64,000 bases of DNA from Selaginella moellendorffii (lineage: Eukaryota; Plantae; Lycopodiophyta), in contig NW_003314263.1 in assembly GCF_000143415.4 (NCBI RefSeq), forward strand, positions 2,010,749 through 2,074,748, written 5' to 3'. Shown here piece after piece: positions 46,769 to 58,893 of this stretch. Position numbers and translations under genes: made by a program. The notes under the pieces are model-generated. The model searched no databases. It was not told the origin of the DNA and saw only the letters and a list, made by a program, of their open reading frames with translations. Each line of letters starts with the position of its first letter. The stretch's first letter is position 1.

Positions 46769-47807
46769 CTAGACATAAACTCCAGTGGAAAGAAGTAGAA
46801 ACAGTGCTCCAAGTCCCTACAATCAAACAATGCTCGTGTTTGTGAGGCTAGAGATCGAAAATAAAACATGAAACTCCTACCAGGAAAATCGATGACGCTC
46901 CTCCGGTCAAAATCTCCCGTGGGAAGCTTCGACTGAGGCTAGAAGTTGTGATCTCATATCTGCGAACGATATATAAGCACTCAGATCACATCACAAAGTG
47001 AAGGACTTACATGAAAAAACTCGCCGTCAAGACGAGGCCAACAGTGAGGAATAGAATTGTTAGAAGCGGATATAATCCCTCAGGAACTGGGCTGCTGATA
47101 GCTACAGCCTGTGAAGGAAAAATTTCTCAGCAGCAGCAAAGAACACAAAGCAAGCATAAAAATCCATGGGAAGAAAATCATTAGATAAAAGAGCGCAAGG
47201 AGAACAAAAATTCACAAGAATTCTAGATCAAGATTCAAGCAAACCGTCGACCATAGCGAAGACAAAATCTCAAAGCTAGAGAACACAAAGCAAACATAAA
47301 ACCGCAGCACTTCAGCTATAGCCTTAGATAATAAAAAAAGTGTATCCATGACTCCAATACACTTTCAGAAAGGGAACGAAGAGCAAAGAGAAAAGCACAA
47401 CGAGAAGAACTATGCACACGAAAATTCACGAGCAAAAAATCCAGAAGAGCCGTCGATCATACACAAGCATAAAATCGCAGAAATTCAGCTATAACTCATA
47501 GATTTCTAGCTAGTAGAAAAACTGAATCCATCCATACACTTCTAAGAAAACAACGAAGAAAATCGTTAGAGAGAAGAAAAATCACAGAATTCCGGAAAAA
47601 CTGTCGATCATAGCGAAGAAAAAATCAACACAGAGCAAGCATAAAATCGCAGCACTTATAACTCAAGCTTTCTGCTAGTAGAAAAATTGTATCCATGAAT
47701 CCATACATAGAAAGCACAACGAGAAGAACAATGTAAGAAAAATCACACAAGAATTCACAAGGATTCTAGATCAAGAGCTAAAAACTAAGCTAGATCAAAC
47801 TCACCAT
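46769..47807 (-). CDS. TMEM258: TMEM258/OST5-like small oligosaccharyltransferase subunit, 75 aa; exons 47807-47805, 47108-47011, 46959-46881, 46816-46769
   Basis: Spliced product MAVAISSPVPEGLYPLLTILFLTVGLVLTASFFIYEITTSSLSRSFPREILTGGASSIFLGLGALFLLLSTGVYV*; two TM helices, family-typical GVYV C-terminus, all introns GT-AG and in phase. Confidence 0.9.
47130..47790. repeat. Degenerate ~140-180 bp tandem repeats within TMEM258 intron 1
   Basis: Recurrent blocks CAAGCATAAAATCGCAG, GTCGA(T/C)CATA and TCCAT..ATCCATAC about four times. Confidence 0.7.
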
Positions 47808-47961
47808 TGTGGACGAAGCCGCAGATCCAAAAGCCCTACCTAGCCCACAGCCCCCAGCCCTAGAAAAATATACCCATCGAATCTTATTCAAATTTCTAGG
47901 GCAGCCGTGGCGTCGGCTGGGTCGCTTCAGTATCTCTCGCGCCGCGGAGGGATATGAGGAG

Positions 47962-48900
47962 ATGGCCAAGAACTCCATCCTAAACAGGCTCACACTCCAG
48001 CGCTCCCCGGCCTCCAAGGAGATCGGCTACCAAAACCTCAAGATCGACGAGCCCCCGGGGAGCTTGGAGGCAAATCACTCCTCCGATCGTGATCCAGGAG
48101 CCCTAGCAAGCGCTGCGACGACGAGCCCGGATCTTCACATCAGCAACAGCCAGTACGTCGCCAATCTCCACAGCACCTCCAACAGCGTAAGCCCTCCTCC
48201 GCCAGCGAATCGCGCAGGAGGAGGAGGATCACCGCTTGGGTTTCGATCCTCGCGATTGCGGCGCCGCTACCCGCGATGGTGCCGCTGCATTTGCTGGACT
48301 TGCTGCGTCTTGTTCCTCCTCCTCGTCCTGGCGGCCATCGCAGCGCTGTGCTTCTACATCATCGTCCGCCCGAGAGCGCCCAAGCTCTCCATCGACGAGG
48401 TGGAGGTCTCGTCGCTCTTGCTCACCATCACCGATTCAAACGCCACTCTGAGCGACTACGAATTCAACTCGCTGCTCGACCTCGACTTGCTGCTCACCAT
48501 CAACGCCTACAACCCAAACACGCAGATCGTGGTCTACTACAACAAGATCCGGGTGGACATTCTCTACCGGAACTTGCAGCTGGTTAGCACGTACGTGGAG
48601 CCGTTCATGCAGGGGCACCGGGAGAGAAAGTTGGCGGTGGTGGAGATGGTGGGAAACCCCAGCCTTCAGAAGCTTGTGAGCAGGGAGATGTCGGCGGAGA
48701 TGAGCCGGAATGCGGTGAATTTGGTGGCGGAGATCAGCGCGCAGGGGAAAGTCAAGGTGGTGCGGACGGTGAGCCCGAGTATTTTGGTGCGCTTGACCTG
48801 TGACTTGCAGGTCAGCCCGCCGACTGGGCCGAGTGGTCCGCAGCTCTTGTACAAGTCATGTAAGATTTCCAAGCCTTACAGCGGTTATAATAGGATTTGA
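47962..48900 (+). CDS. NDR1/HIN1-like (LEA_2 domain) membrane protein
   Basis: Cys-rich juxtamembrane segment, TM helix, RPRAPKLSI, NPNTQIVVYY, PFMQGHR, terminal C..C; first ATG at 47962. Confidence 0.88.
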   Translation: MAKNSILNRLTLQRSPASKEIGYQNLKIDEPPGSLEANHSSDRDPGALASAATTSPDLHISNSQYVANLHSTSNSVSPPPPANRAGGGGSPLGFRSSRLRRRYPRWCRCICWTCCVLFLLLVLAAIAALCFYIIVRPRAPKLSIDEVEVSSLLLTITDSNATLSDYEFNSLLDLDLLLTINAYNPNTQIVVYYNKIRVDILYRNLQLVSTYVEPFMQGHRERKLAVVEMVGNPSLQKLVSREMSAEMSRNAVNLVAEISAQGKVKVVRTVSPSILVRLTCDLQVSPPTGPSGPQLLYKSCKISKPYSGYNRI

Positions 48901-49669
48901 AGTGTCTGTGCGAGTTGAGTTAGTATAGTGTTGATCCGTAGTACATCGGCGATACAGATGCGAAATTCCCCACCACAGGATGTGCTTGTACTTGACAAAA
49001 TTTGTCAATGGGTAAATCGGCAAAACAGATGCAGAACTCCCCACTCCCACGGCATGATGTGGCTCTTTCTCTGATTGACTGCGAAGTATCACACTTGTAC
49101 CAAAGCACATCAAAGTTTTATTTCATTTCTACACATGTATGGTGTGTTGGCTTTCAGAAATCATCCAATGGCAGTTTGGCTTTCATTTTCTTTCCTTTTT
49201 CTCCTTGTTTTTCGCTGCATAATTAGGCTTCTCAATGTGGGCCAGAAATGTGTCGAAATGCTTGCCTCAACAATGTGTTGTTGTGTTTGCTGGGTCGTCC
49301 TCATCAAATGTCCGGAATGAAAAGCATGTCTTTTGGAAGCACATACATCCCTTTTGCAGTAGATAAATTCTCTAGGTGTTGTGTTTTGGCAATTCAACTT
49401 TGTCTTAACACAGGCCAAAAGTGCCCAAGGCTATCAGAAAAGATCTGCCAACTTTTCCACTCGAAGTTACGGATTGACAATCGACTTCGTGTCTACTTGC
49501 ACAGCCATTTCATCTTTCAGATCTTTTCGTGCTACAAGAGGATGAGAGCCCCTTGTCCTTGTGATTGACATGTTTGTTTCAACAGGCAAGGCGTGAAATC
49601 AATCTTTTGCATTTGAATCAACGATGAAAACTACCCACGAGAACTTCCAACACTTCCAGAACTTTTTAA

Positions 49670-49915
49670 TTTCTTTAGTGCTAAGAATTGGAGCCTCGAA
49701 ACAATCAACGAAGAAAACTAACAAGAACTTCTTGGTTTCTTGGAAGAACTTCGTAAGAACCAGCAAGGAAGAACTTTGATTTTGATTTCTACAAAGTGCT
49801 AAGAATTGGAGCCTCGAAACAATCAACGAAGAAAACTAACAAAAACTTTTTGGTTTCTTGGAAGAACTTTGATTTTGATTTCTACAGTGCTAAGAATTGG
49901 AGCCTCGAAACAAGC
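49670..49915. repeat. Triplicated segment at the 3' end of the lipase gene
   Basis: GTGCTAAGAATTGGAGCCTCGAAACAA at ~49678, ~49797 and ~49887 with shared flanks. Confidence 0.85.
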
Positions 49916-51267
49916 AACGATCTGTAAACTAAGCTGCTCAATGCGGTGTTGACGAGCGTGTAGAGGCACATTGTTTGAATGGCGCGAAGGTGCCTGGATA
50001 TTCTCCCGATAAACCCCAGGAGCCATCCCAGCCGTTGGAATCGCCGGTGTCTCTTTTGTTCTCTTGGAGCGTGGAGTTTCTTGCAAACGCAATGCTCATG
50101 AAAGGCATTTGCTGCGCTAGCGATGGATGATGCCACAGCGAATCCCAGCCATGATCGATCGTGTTTTTGAAACCTTTGGCAGGAACAAGACGATGAAATC
50201 GTAAAATCCATGGCCATTTTATAGCTCAGGAGGCTGTGATGGTGGCTGTTCTTCACGGCGTCCCTGGCGGCACTGATCGCCATGACGAGCTGCGAGTGCC
50301 AGGCGTTCAATCGATCGGAGCCCGAGACCCAGAAGGATCGACTGGAGGCATCGACCGTGAGGACCTGGCCCGCAAAGCCGTAGGAGAGCGATCGGGGGAT
50401 CACTGCCAGCCGAAGCGCTGATCGTAGCAAGAATCCAATTGGGGCCGGGATCGCCGAGACGATGGAGGAGCCCAGGGTCGGGAGGAGAGATCCCAGCGCG
50501 CGGCGCGCGACGCGAAAGCCCTCCCAGTGGTCGTCGTCACTGAAGAGCCTCTTGATCGTAGACAGGAAGGGGATGAGATTTGGCACGCAATCGCCGCGCT
50601 GCACGACGTGGAGGTATACCGCACTGTACCGCGCGGTGATGAGCTCCGCCAGATGCGAGCTCGCGAAGAGCGGCGCCCCGAAAGTGATACATTTGATCCT
50701 CGTCTCCTTCCCCTGTTCTTCCTGGCAGAAATCCTCGCGATTCTCTGCGAATTCGCCCTCCTCGCGGTCCAATTCGCGCAGCATTCGCAGCGCCAGCAGC
50801 GATGCGACCGCACCGCCCAGCGAATGCCCCGTGAATGTGATCCTCTCGCCGGAATCGATGAGATTGGCATATGGATCGAGGGGGATTCCTTCCGCCCGCT
50901 CGGCGAATCCCCAGTGCGCGGCGGCATCGTGATACGTGAGCCTGGCCGGGAGGAGCTTGAGATCCTGGACGACGTCGCAGAGGCTGGATGTGCCGCGGCA
51001 GCTGACGAGGATTTGCGCGGTCTCGCGCACCCGGCAGCACAGCAGCGCTTGATTGCTGCTGGCGCTGCCGATTTGATCGATTCCTTGGTGATGGATGAGC
51101 TCCACTCCCCCCTGGATCGCGCATTCCAGGTATGACATTGCTCCCGTGAGGCTGGGCTCGTAGGCGGCATTGGAGAGCGCGAGCGCGTCCATGATCGATC
51201 GCTGCTCTTTGCAAGTTCTAGCGGATAAATCGTCGTGGGAAGCATTTTCCACACAAGCAACACCCAT
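49882..51267 (-). CDS. Class 3 lipase (alpha/beta hydrolase)
   Basis: VSCRGT; AHWGF; nucleophile FTGHSLGGAVA; CITFGAP; GDCVP; distal His. 3' end uncertain. Confidence 0.88.
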   Translation of the reverse strand: MGVACVENASHDDLSARTCKEQRSIMDALALSNAAYEPSLTGAMSYLECAIQGGVELIHHQGIDQIGSASSNQALLCCRVRETAQILVSCRGTSSLCDVVQDLKLLPARLTYHDAAAHWGFAERAEGIPLDPYANLIDSGERITFTGHSLGGAVASLLALRMLRELDREEGEFAENREDFCQEEQGKETRIKCITFGAPLFASSHLAELITARYSAVYLHVVQRGDCVPNLIPFLSTIKRLFSDDDHWEGFRVARRALGSLLPTLGSSIVSAIPAPIGFLLRSALRLAVIPRSLSYGFAGQVLTVDASSRSFWVSGSDRLNAWHSQLVMAISAARDAVKNSHHHSLLSYKMAMDFTISSSCSCQRFQKHDRSWLGFAVASSIASAANAFHEHCVCKKLHAPREQKRHRRFQRLGWLLGFIGRISRHLRAIQTMCLYTLVNTALSSLVYRSLLVSRLQFLAL

Positions 51268-51441
51268 TATCTCTTCTCCTTTCTCTCTTCTCTCTCCCTC
51301 TCTTTTCTCTTCCCTTTTCCCTCTTTTCTCTTCGCTCTTAATGACGTGGCGTCCTTGTGGATATGGCCTTCCACGTAATATCCCACGTGGCAGATCGAAA
51401 GAGGTTTAGAGTTAGAGCGGGAAGAACAGGGGCGGGAGGGA

Positions 51442-53765
51442 ATGGCAGCGGTGGCGGCGGCGCGTCCGCCATGGATCGCGAACCACAACGCGTGCGATCG
51501 CGAGGGAGGATCGCTGCTGCTGATTTCCGGGAGGAATGTAAGGAATCTAGGCAGGGTTGGAAGTAGCAGTAGCGCGCGATGGTCGTGTAGGGCGGAATGT
51601 GGCTTGTGTGGGCGGCCGCTGGAGAAGAGCTCCAATGTCGCTTGGAAGAGGAGGCTGAGAGCGGTGTTTGGGAGCGAAGACGATGGCGAAGACGATGAGG
51701 AAGATGAAGAGGAGGAAGAAGAAGAGGAGGAAGAAGAAGAAGAAGAAGAAGAAGAAGAACATGACGATGAAGATGAAGAAGAAGAAGAAGCACAAGTAAA
51801 GAGTGCTCGAGTCCGAGCTAAGCGGCCCAAACCAGCGAGTCCTTCGAATCACATACTCTTCCAGGTTCGTTTTTTTTGTTTATAGACCTTGCCATCGAAG
51901 TTTTTTCTTTTCTATGTTCTTCGCAGGGATTCAACTGGGAATCTCATTCCAAGAAACCATGGTATGTAGATCTCAAAGAGAAGGCTCCCGTCATCGCCCA
52001 AGCCGGTGTCACCGATATCTGGCTTCCTCCGCCATCGCAGTCAGTCGATCGACAAGGTAAGCACCTCACTGTTCTTCCTAGCGAAGTTCTTGACTGTTCT
52101 TTCGTTTTTTTTCTTTTCAGGCTATCTTCCCAGTCAGCTCTACGACTTAAACTCCTCCTCGTATGGAAACGAGGCGCAGCTCAAGGAGCTCATCGACACT
52201 CTCCACGAGCAGGGCATTTGCTGCATCGCTGATATAGTGATAAACCATCGCAGTGGATGGAAACAGGATGCTCAGGGTCACTGGAACATCTTTGAAGGTG
52301 GAACTCCGGATAAGAGGCTGGATTGGGGGCCTTGGGCAGTAGTGTGCAATGATATCTATAGGAGTGGTGGCCAAGGCAAGCAGGACACTGGTGAGAGCTA
52401 CGCAGCTGCTCCAGACCTTGACCATACTAATAAGCAAGTGCAGGACGAGCTGACCGACTGGTTGAACTGGATGAAGGCTGAGATTGGTTTTGATGGGTGG
52501 CGGTTTGATTTCGTCAAAGGCTACGCTCCCAAGTACACCAAATTGTAAGTAGAGGTGGAGGAGTAGTCGTGGAAACTATAGAACTGATCAGGAACAGGCG
52601 TGTTGATCATCAGGTACTGTCAGAGAACCGACCCGAGTTTTGTTGTTGGCGAGTTGTGGACGTCGCTGAATTACGTCAGTGGTCGTCTAGCTGCCGATCA
52701 AAGTCAGTAGTGGCTTGCTGGATAGAGAATTTTGAGCTCGATGAACTCACGTTTGAGGAACTTTGTCTTGTGGCAGATTTTCACAGGCAGCAGCTCTGCG
52801 ACTGGATCGACGGGACCGGCGGCTGGGGATGTGCTTTCGATTTCACCACCAAAGGAGTCTTGCAAGAGGCCGTGAAGATGGAGCTGTGGCGTCTGCGGGA
52901 CAAGGAAGGCAGGCCTCCTGGTCTAGTCGGTATGTTTATCTCTGGAACTTTGCAGTGGTTTTTGTTGCTCAACACTGTACAAACTTGCAGGTTGGTATCC
53001 AAAGAAAGCGGTCACGTTTGTGGATAACCACGATACCGGATCGACCCAGCGGCACTGGCACTTTCCCGACGAGAAAGTCCATCTCGGCTATGTCTACATT
53101 CTCACGCATCCTGGGATTCCATGTATCGTAAGCAGAGCAATCTTCGTTTTGTTTCAAGCTCTGATTGGCGCCTCTTTTCCTTTCTCGCAGTTTTACGATC
53201 ACTATTTCTACTGGGGGCTGCAAGAACAGATCAACCAGCTATTGGAGCTGAGGCTACGGAACAAAATAAACGCGGAGAGTAAGATCAAGATCCAAGCAGC
53301 GGACTTCGACATGTACGTTGCCACAATCGCCGATCGACTCATTGTGAAGCTTGGTCCAAGGTAAACATAGTTTCATGGCAAGACAAGATCTCTTAGCTGT
53401 GAGCTCGGCACAGGTTTGACATGGGACCTTTGCTTCCAAAATCATCAACTTGGAAGCTCGTAATGGCGGGCTCCGAGTATGCAATCTGGGAGAGCACGAA
53501 GAAGATGGCTGGAGTGGCTCCGAGCGAGCCGGAGATCATCGTCGTCAAGTCCGGGCCTTCTGAGACTGGCGATGAGAACATCGAAGTGAAGATAACCAGC
53601 GATATGTCGTGCGAGACAGTGAACCGGATCATGGAGGAAGTGCCAGACATGGTCTCCAATCTCCACGATGTGGAGAAAGTCGTGGAGGAATGCAAGGTGG
53701 AGTACGAAGACGAAGAGGAAGACGAGGAGGAAGAAGAATCCAGCAAGAAGAAATCACGTAAATAG
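51442..53765 (+). CDS. Alpha-amylase (GH13), multi-exon, putative plastid transit peptide, acidic N- and C-terminal tracts
   Basis: ILFQ|GFNWES; WLPPPSQS; ADIVINHR; APDLDH; [10 protein letters not shown]; VGELW; [11 protein letters not shown]; ILTHPGIP; YAIWE. Confidence 0.95.
51688..51790 (+). repeat. (GAA/GAG/GAT)n coding microsatellite, poly-Glu/Asp
   Basis: Directly visible in amylase exon 1. Confidence 0.9.
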
Positions 53766-54784
53766 CTTTGTAGATTTTGCTATTCCAATAAGTTTCAATA
53801 TTTAGGCTTACAATCTTGGATTCCAAAGTTATTAGGTTTTTTTTCAAAATGGAGAAGTTGCCGCTTATTCTAAGCAAGCTTGAGGAAGATGTACAACTGT
53901 GGTACTGCTGAAATTCCTTCACGAACTTCATTGGCCTGCCCTGATTCTGGAAAAGGAATTCGATTGTACTCAGGTGCAATGGCTCGCAAGAGCTGGAAAT
54001 TCATGGAGATTGTGGTGTCAAAGAAGTCTCTAGACTCTTGAAACTATCCAAACTCTGCATCAGGAAAAGATGGCGGTACAAGAATGTCAAGCAACTCTTG
54101 TCCCTGGCTTTCGTGAGCGGGAGCTTGCTACACTTGGATATGCTGAAGTTTATGACGACATGGTGAAAGTTGTTTCAACTTCTGCATAACTCGCGTTTGA
54201 GGAGGATCGACATTGATTGGGCCTGGGACAATCGGAACTTTGCCATCTCTCAAAAAAATTTGGTACCATCTTTCGGACAATCCACACTTCGGAGTGCTTA
54301 GGAATAGAAGGCACGCTAAACAAAACTTTTATCCAGGTCCCAAACTTTAGTTGCGAAGTTGTGGGGAGAAAGTATTTATTCTCTAAACGTAGCCACTGTA
54401 ACTTGTCACTAAATCACGGAGCTAGCGATGCTCAAAAGCTGATTGTCAAATTGCCTCTGATGTGGCGCAAAGCAAGCAGCTGATTAACTTGGGTTTGATC
54501 AGCTGCTTAATTCGGTTGGGATGAAGTTCACCGTCTTCAATTGGAATAGCTGTGATGGCCACTCTTCTCTTTTCTTCTTCGAACACAATCTCAGATTTGC
54601 TTCATGATCTTTTCCTCCTTTTTCCTGGAAACTAAAGCATGGCTTTCAGGATGAGGAGGAGGCGGAGATAGAGGATGAAAGAATTCAAGCCTATCTTCTG
54701 ATTGTGACTGCCAAAACCGAAGAGTTGGAATCCTCGAGGCAGTAAGGCTTCGTTATCGAATTTCTCTAGCTTTAAAGGCGGATG

Positions 54785-55130
54785 GGAATATGCTTTTGAT
54801 TTCACCACAATGGATGGATAACCACATATCGTAGGCAGTTTTACGATCACTATTTCTACCACCGGGAGCTGCAAGAATAGATAAACCAGTTACTGGAGCT
54901 GAGGCTACGGAACAAAATTAACGCGGAGAGTAAGATCAAGATCCAAGCAGCAGAAAATTCGATATGTCTGTTGCAACTATCGCAGATCGACTCATTTTGA
55001 AGCTTGGTCCAAGGTAAAAAATCCATCTGTTCAGGCAAGATCTCATTTGACATGGAACCTTTGCTTCCAAAATCATCCACTTAAAAGCTCGTAATGGCGG
55101 GCTCCGAGTATGCAATCTGGGAGAGCACGA
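54785..55130 (+). pseudogene. Partial, internally deleted duplicate of the alpha-amylase 3' region
   Basis: Near-identical to 52830-53500 segments (GCAGTTTTACGATCACTATTTCTAC, GAGCTGAGGCTACGGAAC, GGCGGGCTCCGAGTATGCAATCTGGGAGAGCACGAAG) with stops and intron remnants. Confidence 0.88.
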
Positions 55131-55511
55131 AGGAGATATCGAAGCCACTCACATTCTCGATCCAGACTTCTCCAATCGAATGCTCCTCCTCGCCTTCACT
55201 GGACAGGTAATTGTCTTCTCCATTTGGTGCGTTCTACGAGCAACCGTCAGGTCTTCTTTTTTCCAGTGAGACTGCCACACACAAAGGTTGTTGTCAAGCG
55301 TTTCTTACAGCGAGACTAACCATCGGTCATTTTGCTAGCTTGAAATGCTTTCAAGTGTAGAGCCTTGTTTTTGAACGATTGCATACGTATTTCATTTTCC
55401 TGGGAAGATCGATCACGAAGTCAGCAGCAGTGGAGAGAGAGAGAGACTTACGCTGGAAGGTGGTCAGTTGCGTACGTAATTCATTTCCCTGGAAACATCG
55501 ATCACAAAGTC

Positions 55512-55516
55512 GAGAG

Positions 55517-55548
<32 letters not shown>
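55512..55548. repeat. (GA)n microsatellite
   Basis: Directly visible. Confidence 0.9.
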
Positions 55549-55549
<1 letters not shown>

Positions 55550-55553
<4 letters not shown>

Positions 55554-57575
55554 CTTACGCACGTAGGGAGGCAGCCAGCTCCGCCTCGTGTAGCAGTGTG
55601 CCGAGCTCCCAGCTCCTCTCCTGGATGGCCTTTGCAACGCGCTCCTCCTGCTTGCCAAACTTACGCTCCCACTCCTCCGCCTTGATCCTCTGCACTGCGT
55701 CCATGTCCCGGGCATACTTCGCCACCGTCTCCAGCAACAGTGGCGAGTTGGCCGCCGAGAACCGGTGCATCGCGTCCATGATGCGCTCCGCCGCTGGAAC
55801 AATCCCTTCTGGAAGCGCCACCGCTTTTCCAGCATTGAGCTCCTGGTAGTACATGATGTAGAGCGACCAGGGGACCTCCTCCTGGAGCTTCGTCGCCAGC
55901 ACACGTTCCAGCTTCGCCACCATCCGGTCCCTCCTTTCACTGTCAACACGAAGTTCGTCTCTCGCAAGTCCCTGTAGCAACCCGCCACCTCCGCGAGATC
56001 CTTTCCAGCCTACGCTCCAGCTCGCACTTCTTGCACGAGCACTTGTACGAGAGCCTTTTCCGCCTGTATGGATGGCCTGGCTTGTGGATGATCTCCTCCC
56101 CGGCCTGGATGTCCTTCGCTGCGAAGTAACAGGTCGTGTTGCCGAAGAGCGAGGTGTTGGGGACGCAAGAGTTGGTTGATGAAGCTCGGCAGGGGCCAGA
56201 TCGAGGAATACAGCAGGCGCCTGGTCGGACCGGTCCCGGGCAGCTTGGGATTGAATCTCGCTTTGCCTACAATCTCGAAAGTCTTCTTCACCTCGATGCC
56301 TTGAAGCTCCTCCCTGGCACTGCTCTCGTCGCTCCTGATCCTCGACCAGGTCTTGGGCGTGGCCCAGTTTGGCCGGAAGAGCTCCATTCCCGGAACTTCT
56401 CGATCGGTGCTCGCCACCTCGCAAACCAGGCTGTAGATCTGCTTGTAATGTTGATAAGCCGTGTAGCGGCGTCTCTCTTGCAAGCAGACTCGTTGTCACC
56501 TTTCTCAAAGACCACCGTGTTGCAGATCATGAGAAGCTCCCCTCGCTTGATCTCTCTCGTCGCAAACAGTCCCCTGCCTCGCCCCTGGCTCTGCCTCGCA
56601 CATCTTCACCTCGACCGGGCCAACGAACTCGGCAAACTCTGGAATCTTCGGCGCCTCCTCTCCATCGCTCCAAGCTCGAAGAAATTTGGAGAGTTCCTCC
56701 ATAGCACCGCTGGCGTCTCGACTCTGCCTCGCGAGCTTCGTTGCCATGGCGTAAGTTCGATCGATGCCTTCTTCCACCCCAAGGACGTCGCTCAAGAGCT
56801 GTCACGACCACTCGTAGCACTGGAGCTTGATCAAAGCCACTGCTTTTCGATGGATGCTCTTGACATGGGTAGGATCCATGGCAAGAGCGGCGCTGGCGGC
56901 ATCGATGCACTGCTCGTATCGTCCCAGCCTGAGGTAGCACTCCGCCGAATTGGAGAAAGCGAGGACACGCTCCCGCTGGTTCTGATGCCCTTCTTCCTCG
57001 CACTTGGCGATGCTCATGGCGTAAGCGCGGCCTCAAAGCTCCCATCTTTGAAGAGCTTGTTCTCTTCCAGCCTTATCTCCGCGGGGCTCATACCTTGGAA
57101 TCGCAAGAGCTGCCTCTCGCTAAGAAAAGAAAGAACCTCCACGTTGGCCGGATTGTCGAAGGAGAGGATCGCGATCGACGAAGACTGGCCATGGTTGGCT
57201 CCTTGGCCGCCACTCTTGCTCCCTTGGGAAATCTCGATCGGACCTCCTCCTCCGTGGCGGTGCTTGATGGCGAGAAAGATCTCCTCGCCGCTGGAATCCT
57301 TCAGGATCGTGAGAACCTGCACGCTACCTTCGATCTTGACGCCGTAGAGAACCCTGGCCTCGGCGCGAAATCCCTCCTCGAGGCTTCCAATCCGGACCGG
57401 CACAAGCTCGGCAATCGCTGCGGAGGGAATGCCATAAGGACCTGGTGGATCTTCATCGACGCCATCATCGCGAGCGGACCGACTGATCAAAAGCCGAGAA
57501 GAACTCAATGTCTCCGCGGCCAGTAGGGATCACCAATGCGGCAATGCGGTGCAGCAACTCGCGATAGGGCGACAT
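55550..57575 (-). pseudogene. TPR + SET domain protein, multiply frameshifted
   Basis: TPR (EENKLFKDGSFEAAL; SNSAECYLRLGRYEQCI; DPTHVKSIHRKAVAL) then SET motifs across frames (RGLFATREIKRGELL; IWPLPSFIN; AAKDIQAGEEI) and post-SET CSCKKC. Confidence 0.8.
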
Positions 57576-57825
57576 CGATCGATCGATCGCCTCCCCGAGG
57601 CGCTCCAAGAAGGAGAGAGAGAAGTTTAAACCTTTATTTCCTTGTTTACGTTAAGAAATAAATTTTACTTAATGCAAACCCATTCAGTGTAAATTAATCA
57701 TTTATTACATTTAAATCTGGTTCTTATCGTTTCTTCCTGGGGCCATTCCATCTAGCGTTAAGTGTTACTCCACAAGAAAACTTTAGATTAGATCCTACAA
57801 CACAGACCTCTTTGGAACGCTCGCG

Positions 57826-58893
57826 CTAGTTTAACGACGATTCTAGCTTCTTCATTGCGAATTCTACCTTGTGGTTCTTCCAGACCCCGCCGCTCAAGTA
57901 CTCTTCATACACTGACACGACGTCGTCTCGCCGCGCGGCTATGATCGTCATACAGATCGTTCCATACTGCTCCTGGAAAGATCGAAGCTAGAAAAATCGC
58001 CAGGAAGTTTGGAAGAGCTGAGCAAACCTGGCTGACAAAGAGTGGGCTGAGCATTCGCTCCCGTTCCAGAGTGACGCCAGTCGCCGGGAGAACCGAGTCG
58101 TCAAAAACTCGTCCATCGCGCAAGAGCTCGTCGATGATGATCTTATCGGGGATTTCCTTGTTCGGATACCTCTCGAGTAGCTCTTTGAGTTTGCGTTTGC
58201 CCCTATCAACCTGGGCGACACGAAAGTTTAACAAAAAACGAAGAACTACAAAAAGAGCGTCAGGAAAACTATCCAAACCTTGGGCCAGTTTGATTCGAAA
58301 ACTCCATTGCTCACTCCATGAATGCCTCTCGAGATATCGTGCGTGAGAGTATCCCCGAGTTTGAGGCTGTGCGAGTAGCAAGCCATTTCTCCCGAGTGTA
58401 CATCCGCCACCACAAGATTGAAACCATTGTAGCTCATCGCTTGTGAGGAAAGCTGGTCGATGTGGTCTTTTGGATTCAACTCGCTCTAGAGAAGATTTAA
58501 AAAAAAAGGTTTAGAACACTGTTCATAAGAAAGAAGAAAGAACTAACCGTGTTGTCATACCTGTAGAAACTGCACAGGCAAAAATCCTCTCGAGACAGCG
58601 GCATTCTTTTCGAGTGGCTCGCGAATATTCGTCACAAACGCCAGGCGGCCAGTCGCGGATATTCCCAGCCAGGTGCCTCCTTCCTTGCCATCGCGACCGG
58701 CGAGAATATTCCCCGGCTCTTCCTTCCACCAGTGAGCGGGGCAAGACTCCCTGTGATAGAAATTTCTCTAACTAAGCTCGAAAGCCCGATCGATCTATCG
58801 AAGAGCCTACCTCGAGTGAAATTCATCGCGGTTGTGCGTGAGGATGAATTTGTAGATCGGATGCTCCTCCAGCGCCCATATTGCCACACACAT
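57826..58893 (-). CDS. TANGO2: Transport and Golgi organisation 2 (NRDE/DUF833) homolog, multi-exon
   Basis: MCVAIW..HNRDEFHSR; GRDGKEGGTWLG; RLAFVTN; YNGFNLV; HGVSNG..WPK; YGTISTT. Confidence 0.92.

Noticed and set aside
46299-46772. 157 aa plus-strand ORF and minus-strand splice-like signals
   Set aside because: No recognisable protein; likely 3' UTR or non-coding sequence downstream of TMEM258.
50236-51263. Multiple long overlapping ORFs across the lipase gene (similar ones over TCP and 56136-57347)
   Set aside because: Shadow ORFs caused by high GC and codon bias; no recognisable domains.
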